64,000 bases of DNA from an uncultured bacterium (GCA_963765625.1 CAVXXD010000005.1:191113-255112), one strand, 5' to 3'; shown: positions 25,431 through 34,524, counted from the stretch's first letter. A program made the numbers and translations. Notes: generated by a model not told the origin, from the sequence alone.

Positions 25431-28400
25431 TTACAGTTTCTTGATCCCATCGATGATGCGCACGATGATGCCCTTGGTGACAGTCTTGTCGCGCTTCACC
25501 TTGGGGACCGGTTTTCCCTTGGCCATTTCCTGCATAGGGCTCTCTCCTTCCTTTACGGGCGTCCCGGGCTTGACCGGGATCTTGATCTTCTTGGTCGGCT
25601 GAGGGGCTCCGGCACCGGTCAGTTCCGCCAGTTCCCTCTCCAGCGAGAAGGAGCCTGTGTCATAAGACTTCTGTCCTCCCGGAGCAGCCTCTTCAAACTC
25701 AAGAGCCTGTTCCATGGCCGGCGACGCGGTCGCAGCCACCTGGGGCTCCTCTAATGTTTTCGGCACGACATCCTCTTTCACCTCGGGGATATTTGCCGTG
25801 GGGGGTGCGCCTGCCGCAGCGGAAGGCCGGGCCACCGCCCTGGGCGCAGCCGTCGGCCTGGGCGCAGCGGCCACAGGCGGGGCCTCAATGGGCGGCACGG
25901 GCGTGGGTACGGTGGCGGCGGGCGCTACGGGCTCCGGCCTCGGCGCAGCGGCCACAGGCGGGGCCTCCATGGGCGGCACGGGCGTGGGTACGGTGGCGGC
26001 GGGCGCTACGGGCTCCGGCATAGGCGCAGCGGCCACAGGCGGGGCCTCCATGGGCGGCACGGGCGTGGGTACGGTGGCGGCGGGCGCTACGGGCTCCGGC
26101 ATAGGCGCAGCGGCCACAGGCGGGGCCTCCAGCTCGGGCTCCGGCATAGGCGCAGCGGCCACAGGCGGGGCCTCCATGGCCGGCACGGGCGTGGGTACGG
26201 TGGCGGCGGGCGCTACGGGCTCCGGCATAGGCGCAGCGGCCACAGGCGGGGCCTCCAGCGAGCGCTCCAGCAACTCCAACTCCATCTCGGTAGTCTGTGG
26301 CGCGGCGGGAGCCGGGGCCTCTTCAACCGTCTCCGTAGCCCCCAGGAGGTTCTCCAGCATGTCCAGCTCGCCGGCCTGTGGCGCGGTAGGAGCCTCTGCC
26401 TCCTCCACCGCTTCCGGCATATCGATTATGCGTTCCAGCATGTCCAATTCGGAGGGCTGGGGCCCGGTGGCAACCGGTGTTTCCTCCTCCACCGTTTCCG
26501 GCGCCTCCAGGAGGTGCTCCAGCATGTCCATGTCGTAGGGGGCAGGCGCGGCATAAGGTGAAGGTTCGGGAGAAACGGTGGGTGCGCTGGGCGCTTCCGC
26601 CACTTCCGGCGCTCCCATCAGGTGTTCCAGCATGTCCAATTCGGAGGGCTGCGCGGCAGGTTCGGGCTCTTCGAAGACCACGGCCCTCTCCGGCGCCTCC
26701 TCCGTTACTTCCGCCGCTTCCATGAACTGTTCCATCATCTCGGTCTCGGACGGTCCGGTTACAGCGGGGGCCGCCGGCTCAGATTCCTCGAGGACGACGG
26801 CCGGCTCAGGGACCTCCTCTGCCGTCTCCTCTTCCGCCAGGCTCTTCTCGATCTCTTCTATGTCGGTGAGGATATCCTCCTCGAGGGCGATTTCTTCTCC
26901 AGAAAACAGCTCCTTCTCCAGAGCGGCTAGATCGTCTTCCAGCCCTTCCAATCCTTCCAGCTCTTCAGGCAGCCGGGCGACTTTCTCTTCAGCTTCCTCG
27001 ACGGCCGGGGCAGCCCCGGAGATGGCTTCTCCGGCTTCGTAGTCGACCAGCATGTCGTCTTCCAGTTCCTTGATGCTCAAGCTCTCCGATGGCGCGCCGG
27101 CAGCCGTAGCCCCTACCTCCACGGGTACCCTGGCTTCTTCCATGGGCTCTGTCACTTCTTCTAACCTGGTGGCCGCATCTGCCGCCGTCTCCAGCTCGAC
27201 CAGGTCCTCCTCGATCACTCCCTCCAGCATATCCATCTCGAGTTCCTCGATGCGGAGGAAGGTGTCGTCGATGACAGGCGCTTTGGCCTTTTCAGCCCCG
27301 GCCTGTTCCGCTTCCTCGGTCACGGACGCCGGCGCGGCCACAGCTGGTTCCAACGGCTCCGCCTCTTCCCCAACGTCCTCGAGCATCTCTTCTTCGAGCA
27401 GCTCGATGGGGTCCCGGGTGGAAGTGAAACCGGCTGCGCGAGGATGCCCTTCGGCTATTCCGGTCCCCTCCAGGGCTTCCTCGTCCTCGATCGTGCCGGT
27501 GCCATAATCTCGCGACGTCCTCTCCGCCATGGCGACGGATGCTTCCGTGTCCCCCATGCGGTCCCTGAGGCTCTCGGCCATGTCCGGCCCCAGTTCTTCC
27601 ACCAACTTCTCGATGGAGATACTGCCGGTGGGCCTCTTCAGGCTGACGACGTTCTCGCCGTAGACATTCTCGCCTTCTTCTTCCCCCTGTTCGCCGCCCC
27701 GGAACGCGGCGCCCAGGATTTTGGTGGGGTCGATGCCGCGCCCTCCCGGGACGCCTATCTCCGCCTTGCCGGACGGCAGTCCCCCCACCAGGTCGTCCTC
27801 AGCTTCATGCCGGTGGGATATACGGTCAAGGTGTCCGCTCCACTCCATGGGGATCTCTTCCGGCTCCATCTCGGCCGGGCTTTCCTGGTCCGCGAGCTTG
27901 CCGATCTTCCCGTATCTTTTCTCGAGGTAGGCGCGTTTGGCCGCCTGGGCCTCGATGCTCTCTTCGGTTATGCTCTTGTGGTGGTAGGAAGGCGGCTGCT
28001 TCTCTCCGGCAGCGGCGTCCGCGCCAGGCGCCTCCTCCTCTTTTTCCCCGAGGCCCATGCCTTCCGGCAGGAGGGAGATGATCTTTTCCTTGAGGATGTT
28101 CAGTTCTTCTTCCTTTTCCCCCAGCTTTATCTCGGCGACGGCTTCCTGGCTGTCTTCAAGGGTAGCCCCCCTCATCTCGCTTATCGCGCTGGTCTCTTCC
28201 GCCTCTATCTCCTCAAGCAACTTCTTGCCCACGCCTGGCAGGTCACCCAGACCTTCCAGCGGTATCTCCTCCAAGGCTCCTTCTACCCCGGCGGGAGCTT
28301 CGGCCTCCTCTTCCGTTTCCAGCACGTCCGACAGCATATCCGCTTCAAGTTCTTCCACCTGGCCCAACGGCTCGGACGCCGCCTGTTCGGTCAAGGCAGT

Positions 28401-29828
28401 CACGTCGACGGCTTGTTCCACCATTCCGAAATCCACTACCTGCTCGGCGGCTTCCGCCACCAGGTCCTCCAGCTCAACGACAGGCTCTTCTACTGCAATC
28501 GGCTCCTCGACCACCGGCAGTTCCGCAACGACCGCCTCTTCCGGAACCTGCGTTTCGGCCTCTTCTTCTTCAGCCAGGACGTCCTCGGCTATCTCTTCGC
28601 TGATCTCTTCGATGCCCTCTACTTCCTCGGCTTCCTCGATCCCGATGATCTCTTCGTCGACCGGGATTTCCTCTATGAGGATCTCCCCTTCCATGTCTTC
28701 TTCGATCTCGACTTCCATTGCTTCCGCAAAGGACTCTTCCGGCTCGACGGCAACGACCTTCTCCATTGCCGGAGAGGCTTCGACGGTTTCTTCCTCGATC
28801 TCTTCGACGACTTCTTCCCCGATCTCTGCAGCAGCCTCTGGTTCGGTTTCTTCCGAAACCGGGGTCCCGACTTCGACCATCAGTTCCTGAACCTGTTCCA
28901 GCAAGGTGGTCTTGGATACCTCTCTGACCGGCTTGGTCGGCGGTGCTTCTTCAGCCGCGGTGAAGTCCACTTCAGGCTCTTCCGCTACTATGGGGGCCAG
29001 CTCTTCCTCACTGGGAGCGGGAAAGACGGGTTTCACGTCCGCCTTCTCTTCGAGCTGCATCAACTCTTCGGCCATCCGCTCCAGTTCCTGCTCCACCTTG
29101 GCGTCGGTCTTGTCGGGGGAGACGTTCTCCAGCAACCCCGAAGAGATCAGTCCGTAGACTATCTTGCAGGTCTGCAGGGTGCCCATGCCGGCCATGTCCA
29201 CGATGTCCTTGACCGTACGCTCTCCGTCCACGAAGGTGAGGACCATCCACTCCTCCGGGGTCAGGCTGATCTGCGCGGCTAGCCTCTCATTCATGGACTT
29301 CATCTTGAAGATGACGTCAAGGTCGGGGATTTTCTTCTCTATGCGGTTCCACTCGTCCAACCGGCGGGACCCCTCCATGATCAGCTCCTCGGTGCTGATG
29401 GACAGGCCGATGTCTTCCTCCGGGAAGACCACGCCGGGCTGGAATTCGAATTCGCCTTCCGTCCAGCGCAACAGTTCAAAGACGGCATCCTGGATCTGCT
29501 CCTGCACGAAAAGCTCGAGTTTGTCCTTGGTCAGATAGCCCAGGCGGATGAGCAACTGCCCCAGGCGTTGACCGCGGGCGGTGGTCCTCTGCAGTTCGAG
29601 GGCCTCGTCCACCTGTGCCTTGGTCACGATACCTACCTGCAGCAGCTTTACGCCCAGTGGCTTCCTCTTCCAGTTGGTGGTAGCGAAGAACACCTCCCCG
29701 TTCCGGAAACAGACATAGCCCCTGGCATTGCCGCGCAGCAAGTTGAGGGTTCCGTTCTTCTTGCTGAAATTGAGCAGCTGGAAGAGGTCTGGCAAGCTGA
29801 AATCCTTGAGGCTACCTTTTAAGGCCAT
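25431..29828 (-). CDS. Giant DUF4388 (PATAN-like, MglA-partner) domain protein with ~1200-aa acidic repetitive low-complexity region
   Basis: 1465 aa single ORF; N-terminal SLKDFSLPDLFQLLNFSKKNGTL...ELLRWTEGEFEF matches the DUF4388 consensus. The remainder is E/A/P/V-rich with 27-aa APPVAAAPMPEPVAPAATVPTPVPPME tandem repeats and recurrent ELDMLExLL motifs; short basic C-terminus. Confidence 0.75.
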   Translation of the reverse strand: MALKGSLKDFSLPDLFQLLNFSKKNGTLNLLRGNARGYVCFRNGEVFFATTNWKRKPLGVKLLQVGIVTKAQVDEALELQRTTARGQRLGQLLIRLGYLTKDKLELFVQEQIQDAVFELLRWTEGEFEFQPGVVFPEEDIGLSISTEELIMEGSRRLDEWNRIEKKIPDLDVIFKMKSMNERLAAQISLTPEEWMVLTFVDGERTVKDIVDMAGMGTLQTCKIVYGLISSGLLENVSPDKTDAKVEQELERMAEELMQLEEKADVKPVFPAPSEEELAPIVAEEPEVDFTAAEEAPPTKPVREVSKTTLLEQVQELMVEVGTPVSEETEPEAAAEIGEEVVEEIEEETVEASPAMEKVVAVEPEESFAEAMEVEIEEDMEGEILIEEIPVDEEIIGIEEAEEVEGIEEISEEIAEDVLAEEEEAETQVPEEAVVAELPVVEEPIAVEEPVVELEDLVAEAAEQVVDFGMVEQAVDVTALTEQAASEPLGQVEELEADMLSDVLETEEEAEAPAGVEGALEEIPLEGLGDLPGVGKKLLEEIEAEETSAISEMRGATLEDSQEAVAEIKLGEKEEELNILKEKIISLLPEGMGLGEKEEEAPGADAAAGEKQPPSYHHKSITEESIEAQAAKRAYLEKRYGKIGKLADQESPAEMEPEEIPMEWSGHLDRISHRHEAEDDLVGGLPSGKAEIGVPGGRGIDPTKILGAAFRGGEQGEEEGENVYGENVVSLKRPTGSISIEKLVEELGPDMAESLRDRMGDTEASVAMAERTSRDYGTGTIEDEEALEGTGIAEGHPRAAGFTSTRDPIELLEEEMLEDVGEEAEPLEPAVAAPASVTEEAEQAGAEKAKAPVIDDTFLRIEELEMDMLEGVIEEDLVELETAADAATRLEEVTEPMEEARVPVEVGATAAGAPSESLSIKELEDDMLVDYEAGEAISGAAPAVEEAEEKVARLPEELEGLEGLEDDLAALEKELFSGEEIALEEDILTDIEEIEKSLAEEETAEEVPEPAVVLEESEPAAPAVTGPSETEMMEQFMEAAEVTEEAPERAVVFEEPEPAAQPSELDMLEHLMGAPEVAEAPSAPTVSPEPSPYAAPAPYDMDMLEHLLEAPETVEEETPVATGPQPSELDMLERIIDMPEAVEEAEAPTAPQAGELDMLENLLGATETVEEAPAPAAPQTTEMELELLERSLEAPPVAAAPMPEPVAPAATVPTPVPAMEAPPVAAAPMPEPELEAPPVAAAPMPEPVAPAATVPTPVPPMEAPPVAAAPMPEPVAPAATVPTPVPPMEAPPVAAAPRPEPVAPAATVPTPVPPIEAPPVAAAPRPTAAPRAVARPSAAAGAPPTANIPEVKEDVVPKTLEEPQVAATASPAMEQALEFEEAAPGGQKSYDTGSFSLERELAELTGAGAPQPTKKIKIPVKPGTPVKEGESPMQEMAKGKPVPKVKRDKTVTKGIIVRIIDGIKKL
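25864..26260 (-). repeat. 81-bp tandem repeat array (4 full + 1 partial + degenerate units) inside the giant gene
   Basis: Unit gcagcggccacaggcggggcctccatgggcggcacgggcgtgggtacggtggcggcgggcgctacgggctccggcataggc repeats at 25864, 25945, 26026, 26152; 45-bp partial unit at 26107. Confidence 0.85.
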
Positions 29829-29868
29829 ACTGCATCATCTTCCGGTAAGGGTTGGTATCCACATTTCT

Positions 29869-30264
29869 CTACTCATATTCGATACGAAACTCCTGCTTGA
29901 TGATCTCCGCGATCTTTGTCGCGGCTCCCTTGACGTCGTACAGGACCAGCCCCAGCTTGCTACCCTTGCGCACCAGGGCGGTCAGCACCGCATCCTCCCC
30001 GGCGGACATCAGGAAGACGTAACCCGCCTTCCCTTCCACGAAGACCTGGGCCAACTCACCCCTGCCCAGTTCCTCGGAGGTACGTTCACCAAGGCTGAGG
30101 AGTGCGGCGGACATCGCTCCGAGTCGATCCTCTTCCAGGGTATTGGGGAGCACCGAGGCCATGACCAGGCCATCCATGCTCACAACCGCGGCGGCATCGA
30201 CTTCAGCGGAACGTTGAATCAGCTCGGTTAGAGCGCTTCGCAGCATTTCCTCTCTATCTGCCAA
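29869..30264 (-). CDS. Roadblock/LC7 (MglB/CvnB-like) domain protein, paralog 1
   Basis: 131 aa; Roadblock/LC7 fold pattern (AAVVSMDGLVMAS...GYVFLMSAGEDAVLTALV). Confidence 0.7.
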   Translation of the reverse strand: MADREEMLRSALTELIQRSAEVDAAAVVSMDGLVMASVLPNTLEEDRLGAMSAALLSLGERTSEELGRGELAQVFVEGKAGYVFLMSAGEDAVLTALVRKGSKLGLVLYDVKGAATKIAEIIKQEFRIEYE

Positions 30265-30293
30265 ACAGCTACCTCCTGCCTATAACGCCTTGA

Positions 30294-30668
30294 TCATGCC
30301 GAAAACAGTTCCGCCAGTTCGTCGGCGGTTTTTTTAGTCTCCATGAAGAGCACGCCCAGTTTCGCTGAAAGGTTGACCAGTACCGCCAGGATGGCTTCGG
30401 GCCCGCAGTTCATGACCAGGAGATAGCCCAGGTCTCCCTTGATGTATACCTGGTCCAGCACACCCCGCTTCAACTCCCTGGCGGCCCTTTCCCCCAAGCT
30501 CAGCACGGAGGCGGCCATGGCACTGATCTGGTCCTCGTTCAGGTCCCCCCCGACATCCGACGCCAGGGCCATGGCGTCGCCGCTCAACAGCACCGCGGCT
30601 TCCACGTCCGCGATGTTGGCCCTGAGGTCGTGAAGGATGGTATTCATTTTCTCGACTTTGTCCGCCAA
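30294..30668 (-). CDS. Roadblock/LC7 domain protein, paralog 2
   Basis: 124 aa; same fold pattern (AAVLLSGDAMALAS...GYLLVMNCGPEAILAVLV). Confidence 0.7.
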   Translation of the reverse strand: MADKVEKMNTILHDLRANIADVEAAVLLSGDAMALASDVGGDLNEDQISAMAASVLSLGERAARELKRGVLDQVYIKGDLGYLLVMNCGPEAILAVLVNLSAKLGVLFMETKKTADELAELFSA

Positions 30669-30750
30669 CGTTTCACCTCCAAAACCGGTTCATCGATAAT
30701 GCCCGCGGGCACCGCCCGGGAGCACCGAGTCTGTTCCTTGCCTCGTCCAG

Positions 30751-31104
30751 CTACAGGGATTTCTCAATGGCGGGGAGAAATTTCCTGAGATCGTAACGCG
30801 CTTTCCCCAGGTTCGCGGCTGAGGGCAGGATGGAGACCAGTATGGCATCAGACCCTACCGCGCTCATCAGGATGGCCCCCTTCTCAAACTCGAACATCGC
30901 CTGGGCCATGGGGCCCTGGGACAGTTCCAGCCCGATCACTTCAGCCGCTCCCAGCGAGCTCGGCGCGATAGCTCCGACCGCCTCCAACTGGCCGGACTCG
31001 TCTCCGGCAGTCTCGATTATAAAGCCGTCTCTCCCGACAACCAGGCAGGACCGCACCGTACCGGCAGTAACCAGTTCCTCGAGGATCCTTCTTAGATCTG
31101 CCAA
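30751..31104 (-). CDS. Roadblock/LC7 domain protein, paralog 3
   Basis: 117 aa; same fold pattern (SCLVVGRDGFIIETAG...ILMSAVGSDAILVSIL). Confidence 0.7.
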   Translation of the reverse strand: MADLRRILEELVTAGTVRSCLVVGRDGFIIETAGDESGQLEAVGAIAPSSLGAAEVIGLELSQGPMAQAMFEFEKGAILMSAVGSDAILVSILPSAANLGKARYDLRKFLPAIEKSL

Positions 31105-31231
31105 TCCACACCATCTCCTTCCGCCAAAAGAGGGTTTCTCATGAATCAGACTCTCTTCCGAATAATTGCTCCTTGTAGGATATATTCATCTTATACAAAT
31201 TTAAAGTGCTTGCTGTTGTTTCTGTTGTTTA

Positions 31232-31260
31232 ATTATACAAAAGTTAATTATTCTTGCCAA
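31232..31260 (-). promoter_or_regulatory. Sigma70-type promoter (TTGGCA-17-TATAAT) upstream of the roadblock x3/DUF4388/GTPase operon
   Basis: Minus-strand -35 TTGGCA (plus 31255-31260), 17-nt spacer, perfect TATAAT (31232-31237) in an AT-rich island between the ferredoxin stop and the roadblock start. Confidence 0.5.
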
Positions 31261-31278
31261 CATCCAGTAACTATTTCT

Positions 31279-31563
31279 TCAATACTCGCCCCTTACCTTT
31301 CGTAAGACCTCAGGATCCTGCGATGAAAGGAGTATCCTTCTTGTGCCCTCGATGCTGATGGCACGGCCCCGGCATGCTTCGACGCAACTGAAGCACCGTA
31401 TGCAGTTTTCCGGATGCACCACCCTTGCGGTCTCACCCTTTCCCCCTTGCAGCACTGGCTTCTCAAGCCCTTTCACCTGCGGGCACGCATCCACACACTC
31501 ACCACATTTGCGGCAGAAGGATTCTCTTATCTCGATGCTGACCAGAGATATTTCCTCTTCCAT
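31279..31563 (-). CDS. 2x[4Fe-4S] ferredoxin
   Basis: 94 aa; two CxxCxxCxxxCP-type motifs (CRKCGECVDACP, CIRCFSCVEACR). Confidence 0.75.
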   Translation of the reverse strand: MEEEISLVSIEIRESFCRKCGECVDACPQVKGLEKPVLQGGKGETARVVHPENCIRCFSCVEACRGRAISIEGTRRILLSSQDPEVLRKVRGEY

Positions 31564-31604
31564 GGGCTTATCGTCATTGCCTCCTGATCACTTTATGCTT
31601 CGAA

Positions 31605-32930
31605 CTAATGTATTCCACACGGCAGGCAGGGGGCATAGGCCCGCACCACCATTTCCAACCGGTTGCGCATCACTTCCTGGGCCTCCAGGACTCCTCCCAT
31701 CTGGCTTGCGCCGCTCTTCAGGCTCTCCTGCAGGGAAAGCAGGTTGCACTGGAGGGGCGAAAGGATGTTGAGCCTTTCCAGCACGCCATTTTCGCTTATC
31801 TCGATGTAGTAAGCCATGGTGCCTTCGGGTGATTCGACCACTCCCACGCCGGTTCCGGCAGCCGCTTTAACCGGTGCCTTTACTTCCCCGCCCGAGATGG
31901 AGGCGTCACCCAATAGCGCCACCATGCGTTCCCATGCATAAGTCATCTCGATCATGCGGGCAGCGTGGTTAAGAAGAATTTTCTGTAGCTTACCGCCCCA
32001 CTGGGCCTTGAGCTCCTCGAGTTCCGCCTCGGCCTGGGGCGTTCCCAGCCGGGTGGCCACGTTAAGCCTGGAGAGGGGGCCGACCCGGAAAGTGGTCCCG
32101 TCCGCCAGGCGGGCCGTCTTGACCTGAGTGTACGGCTGTGGCTCCTCGACTAGGTGCTCGAACACAGCGTGTTCCGCTATTTCCTCCTTGACCTCTCCGT
32201 TGGCACCGACCAGCCGGAGTTTCCCTCCCTCCAGCGCCAGCCCATCTTCCCTGTGGAGGGCCAAGTGGCATGTTTCGATATCGCCCAGTGACTGTACCAG
32301 CTCGGAGTTGCGTTTGAGGAGCATCTTGACGAGCCGGGACATCTCGTCCAGCAGCGATTCCGACCTGGTCAGCAGCTCCAGCAGCTGCAGCCTCTTGTCT
32401 TCAGCCAGGGGCTTGAGCACCCCTCCCGGGACGATGTTCACTGGATGGACGGGGTTTCCCCCCGCCGCCTCAACTACCATGACTCCGAGGGCACGGAGAG
32501 AAAACACCTTGCGGACGATCTCTTCCTCCACGCGATAGATGGAGAGCATGTTACGCACGGTCACGTCGGACGTGGGAAAGAGCAGGTCAGGCAGGCTGTG
32601 CATGGTGAGGGAGAGGGCGTGGCTGCCCAGCAGCTGGCCCAGCATGATGAGCTCTCTCAACTTTACCGCCGTCTCCGGCACCTTCACTCCCAGCGCGTTC
32701 TCGACGGCCCGGGCGGCAGCCTCCTGGTGTGAGACTGCGCAGGTCCCGCAGATGCGGGAGACCAGGGGCACTACGTTTTCGAGTCGCGCGCCCTGCACCA
32801 GGCGCTCGAAGCCCCGGAAACCGGATGCGCGGAAATGGACATCCCCCAGGCTGCCGGCCTCATCGAAGATGATTTCGATGGCGGCATCCCCGGTTATCCG
32901 GGTCACCGGGTCTATCCTGATGGGGTCCAA
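31605..32930 (-). CDS. [NiFe]-hydrogenase large subunit (group 3-like, e.g. MvhA/FrhA-type)
   Basis: 441 aa; N-terminal RICGTCAVSH (RxCGxCxxxH) and C-terminal APCLPCGIH (CxxCxxH) Ni-binding motifs. The protein ends at the His, so there is no C-terminal maturation peptide. Confidence 0.8.
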   Translation of the reverse strand: MDPIRIDPVTRITGDAAIEIIFDEAGSLGDVHFRASGFRGFERLVQGARLENVVPLVSRICGTCAVSHQEAAARAVENALGVKVPETAVKLRELIMLGQLLGSHALSLTMHSLPDLLFPTSDVTVRNMLSIYRVEEEIVRKVFSLRALGVMVVEAAGGNPVHPVNIVPGGVLKPLAEDKRLQLLELLTRSESLLDEMSRLVKMLLKRNSELVQSLGDIETCHLALHREDGLALEGGKLRLVGANGEVKEEIAEHAVFEHLVEEPQPYTQVKTARLADGTTFRVGPLSRLNVATRLGTPQAEAELEELKAQWGGKLQKILLNHAARMIEMTYAWERMVALLGDASISGGEVKAPVKAAAGTGVGVVESPEGTMAYYIEISENGVLERLNILSPLQCNLLSLQESLKSGASQMGGVLEAQEVMRNRLEMVVRAYAPCLPCGIH

Positions 32931-32972
32931 CCTCTCTCCTTCCCTGTTCCGTATGGTCTAAAGGCCCGCGCT

Positions 32973-33890
32973 TCAGCGTACGGTCTCGCCCAGCCTCTTC
33001 AGGTAACGGGCCGTTCCTCCCTGCCCCTTCTTCCGCTGCAGCGGCTCGGCGAAGACGTATTTAAAAAATGTGTGCGGCGTGTCGGTCACGGCGGTCTCGA
33101 GCTCCTTGCGGGTCAGTTTGCCAGCCCTGGCCACACGGCGCAGGATATCGATGCTTATGCTGCGTATGGGCTCCAGTAGTACCTGGAGAGAGGGGCCCCG
33201 GCATCCCGTGCAGGGTGAACCCCATTCCGTGGTGCAGGCCGCGTGGCATCCACCCCGCGTCACCGGCCCAAGGCATATGAACCCCTGCTCCAGCAGGCAT
33301 TCGCCGGGGCTGGGACGGTCGGCAAGGATATCTTTGAGCCCTCCTCCCCCAGAGGTACCGCAATCCAGCCGGCACTCCGAGCAGACGTTCATCTCCTCGT
33401 CGGCGAACGGCGCCGCCAGCCCCTCCCCTTTGCCGGAAAGTTTGAGCAGGATCCAGGCCAGCGCGTCCCGGGGAGGCGGACAGCCCGGCAGCTTCAGGTC
33501 CACGTCCATGTAAGAATCAAGCGGGAGCAGCCTTCCGTACCCCTCCGGCAGGCCGACAAAACGGTGGTCGTCGTAGGAGCGCCGGAAGAGCCCTGCTTCG
33601 GAGATCTGGTTGCCCAGACCGGGAACGCCGCCGTAAACGGCGCAGCTTCCCAAGGCTATGACGCGCGAAGCCGCGGCGCGCAGGGCCAGGGCAGCCTCCA
33701 GCTGCCTCTCGTCCCGTATGCCGCCCTCGATGATGGCCAGATCGCACTCGGTCGGGCTTTTCTTGTCCATGAGGAAAGGTACGTATACCAGCTGGTTCTC
33801 CCCGATGATCTGGAAGAGCGTCTCCCCCATGTCCAGCATTGTCAACTGGCAGCCCAGGCAGGCGCTGAATGATGCTATCGCTATCTTCAT
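32973..33890 (-). CDS. [NiFe]-hydrogenase small subunit (NuoB-like fold with C-terminal Fe-S cluster domain)
   Basis: 305 aa; N-terminal FSACLGCQ and GSCAVYGG motifs, Cys-rich C-terminus. Confidence 0.7.
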   Translation of the reverse strand: MKIAIASFSACLGCQLTMLDMGETLFQIIGENQLVYVPFLMDKKSPTECDLAIIEGGIRDERQLEAALALRAAASRVIALGSCAVYGGVPGLGNQISEAGLFRRSYDDHRFVGLPEGYGRLLPLDSYMDVDLKLPGCPPPRDALAWILLKLSGKGEGLAAPFADEEMNVCSECRLDCGTSGGGGLKDILADRPSPGECLLEQGFICLGPVTRGGCHAACTTEWGSPCTGCRGPSLQVLLEPIRSISIDILRRVARAGKLTRKELETAVTDTPHTFFKYVFAEPLQRKKGQGGTARYLKRLGETVR

Positions 33891-33908
33891 CCCGTCTTCT
33901 CTCTCGCT

Positions 33909-34436
33909 TTAATCCAGGGTGGTCTCGAATACGAGCATGCAGGCACCCGGCCCCGCATGATCGGTCCTGATATCGACCTTGCGTTCAAAGATCCGCTCCA
34001 GGGCTCCGGCCAGGTACCCGTGGGTGATCTGGCAGACCACTCCGTCCATGCGTACCCCGGATGCCAGGCAGGCTTCACGAATCGGGCAGGCCGAGAAGAG
34101 GAGGTGCATCTTCATCTCCAGGCCCTCGCCGAAGACGTATTCCTCGTCTTCCGCGTTTTTCCACAGCGTAGCGTGCCAGACCTCTCCGGGCGGCCCATAG
34201 ATGGACTCCAGGGCTTCCTCGATGTCTTCGGTGGCGTCAAGCCTGTTCCCTTCCTCCCTGCCCAGGTCCTTGCCGGTGATGTACATGAGGTGAGGGGCGG
34301 CCTTGCCGATTACTTCCTTGCTGGCCAGGTCGACGTAAGAGAGGGTGCGCATCAGAGCGAGCATACTCTCCTGGAGGGTCTCTTCTTCCAAGCTTTTCTC
34401 CCTTACTTGCCACCTGCCCGAGGCGCGCCAGCCCAC
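33909..34436 (-). CDS. V4R (4-vinyl reductase-like) domain protein
   Basis: 175 aa; C-terminal FSACPIREAC...CQITHGYLAGALERI...GPGACMLVFE matches the V4R Cys/Gly pattern. Start uncertain; internal MLALMRT... is possible. Confidence 0.5.
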   Translation of the reverse strand: MGWRASGRWQVREKSLEEETLQESMLALMRTLSYVDLASKEVIGKAAPHLMYITGKDLGREEGNRLDATEDIEEALESIYGPPGEVWHATLWKNAEDEEYVFGEGLEMKMHLLFSACPIREACLASGVRMDGVVCQITHGYLAGALERIFERKVDIRTDHAGPGACMLVFETTLD

Positions 34437-34524
34437 GGCCGTCCGTACGTATCCGCCTTCTTTTTTACAACTACCATCTTTTTCTTATTCTACCTTGAAA
34501 AAGCGGTGGAAGGTATAGCATCCG

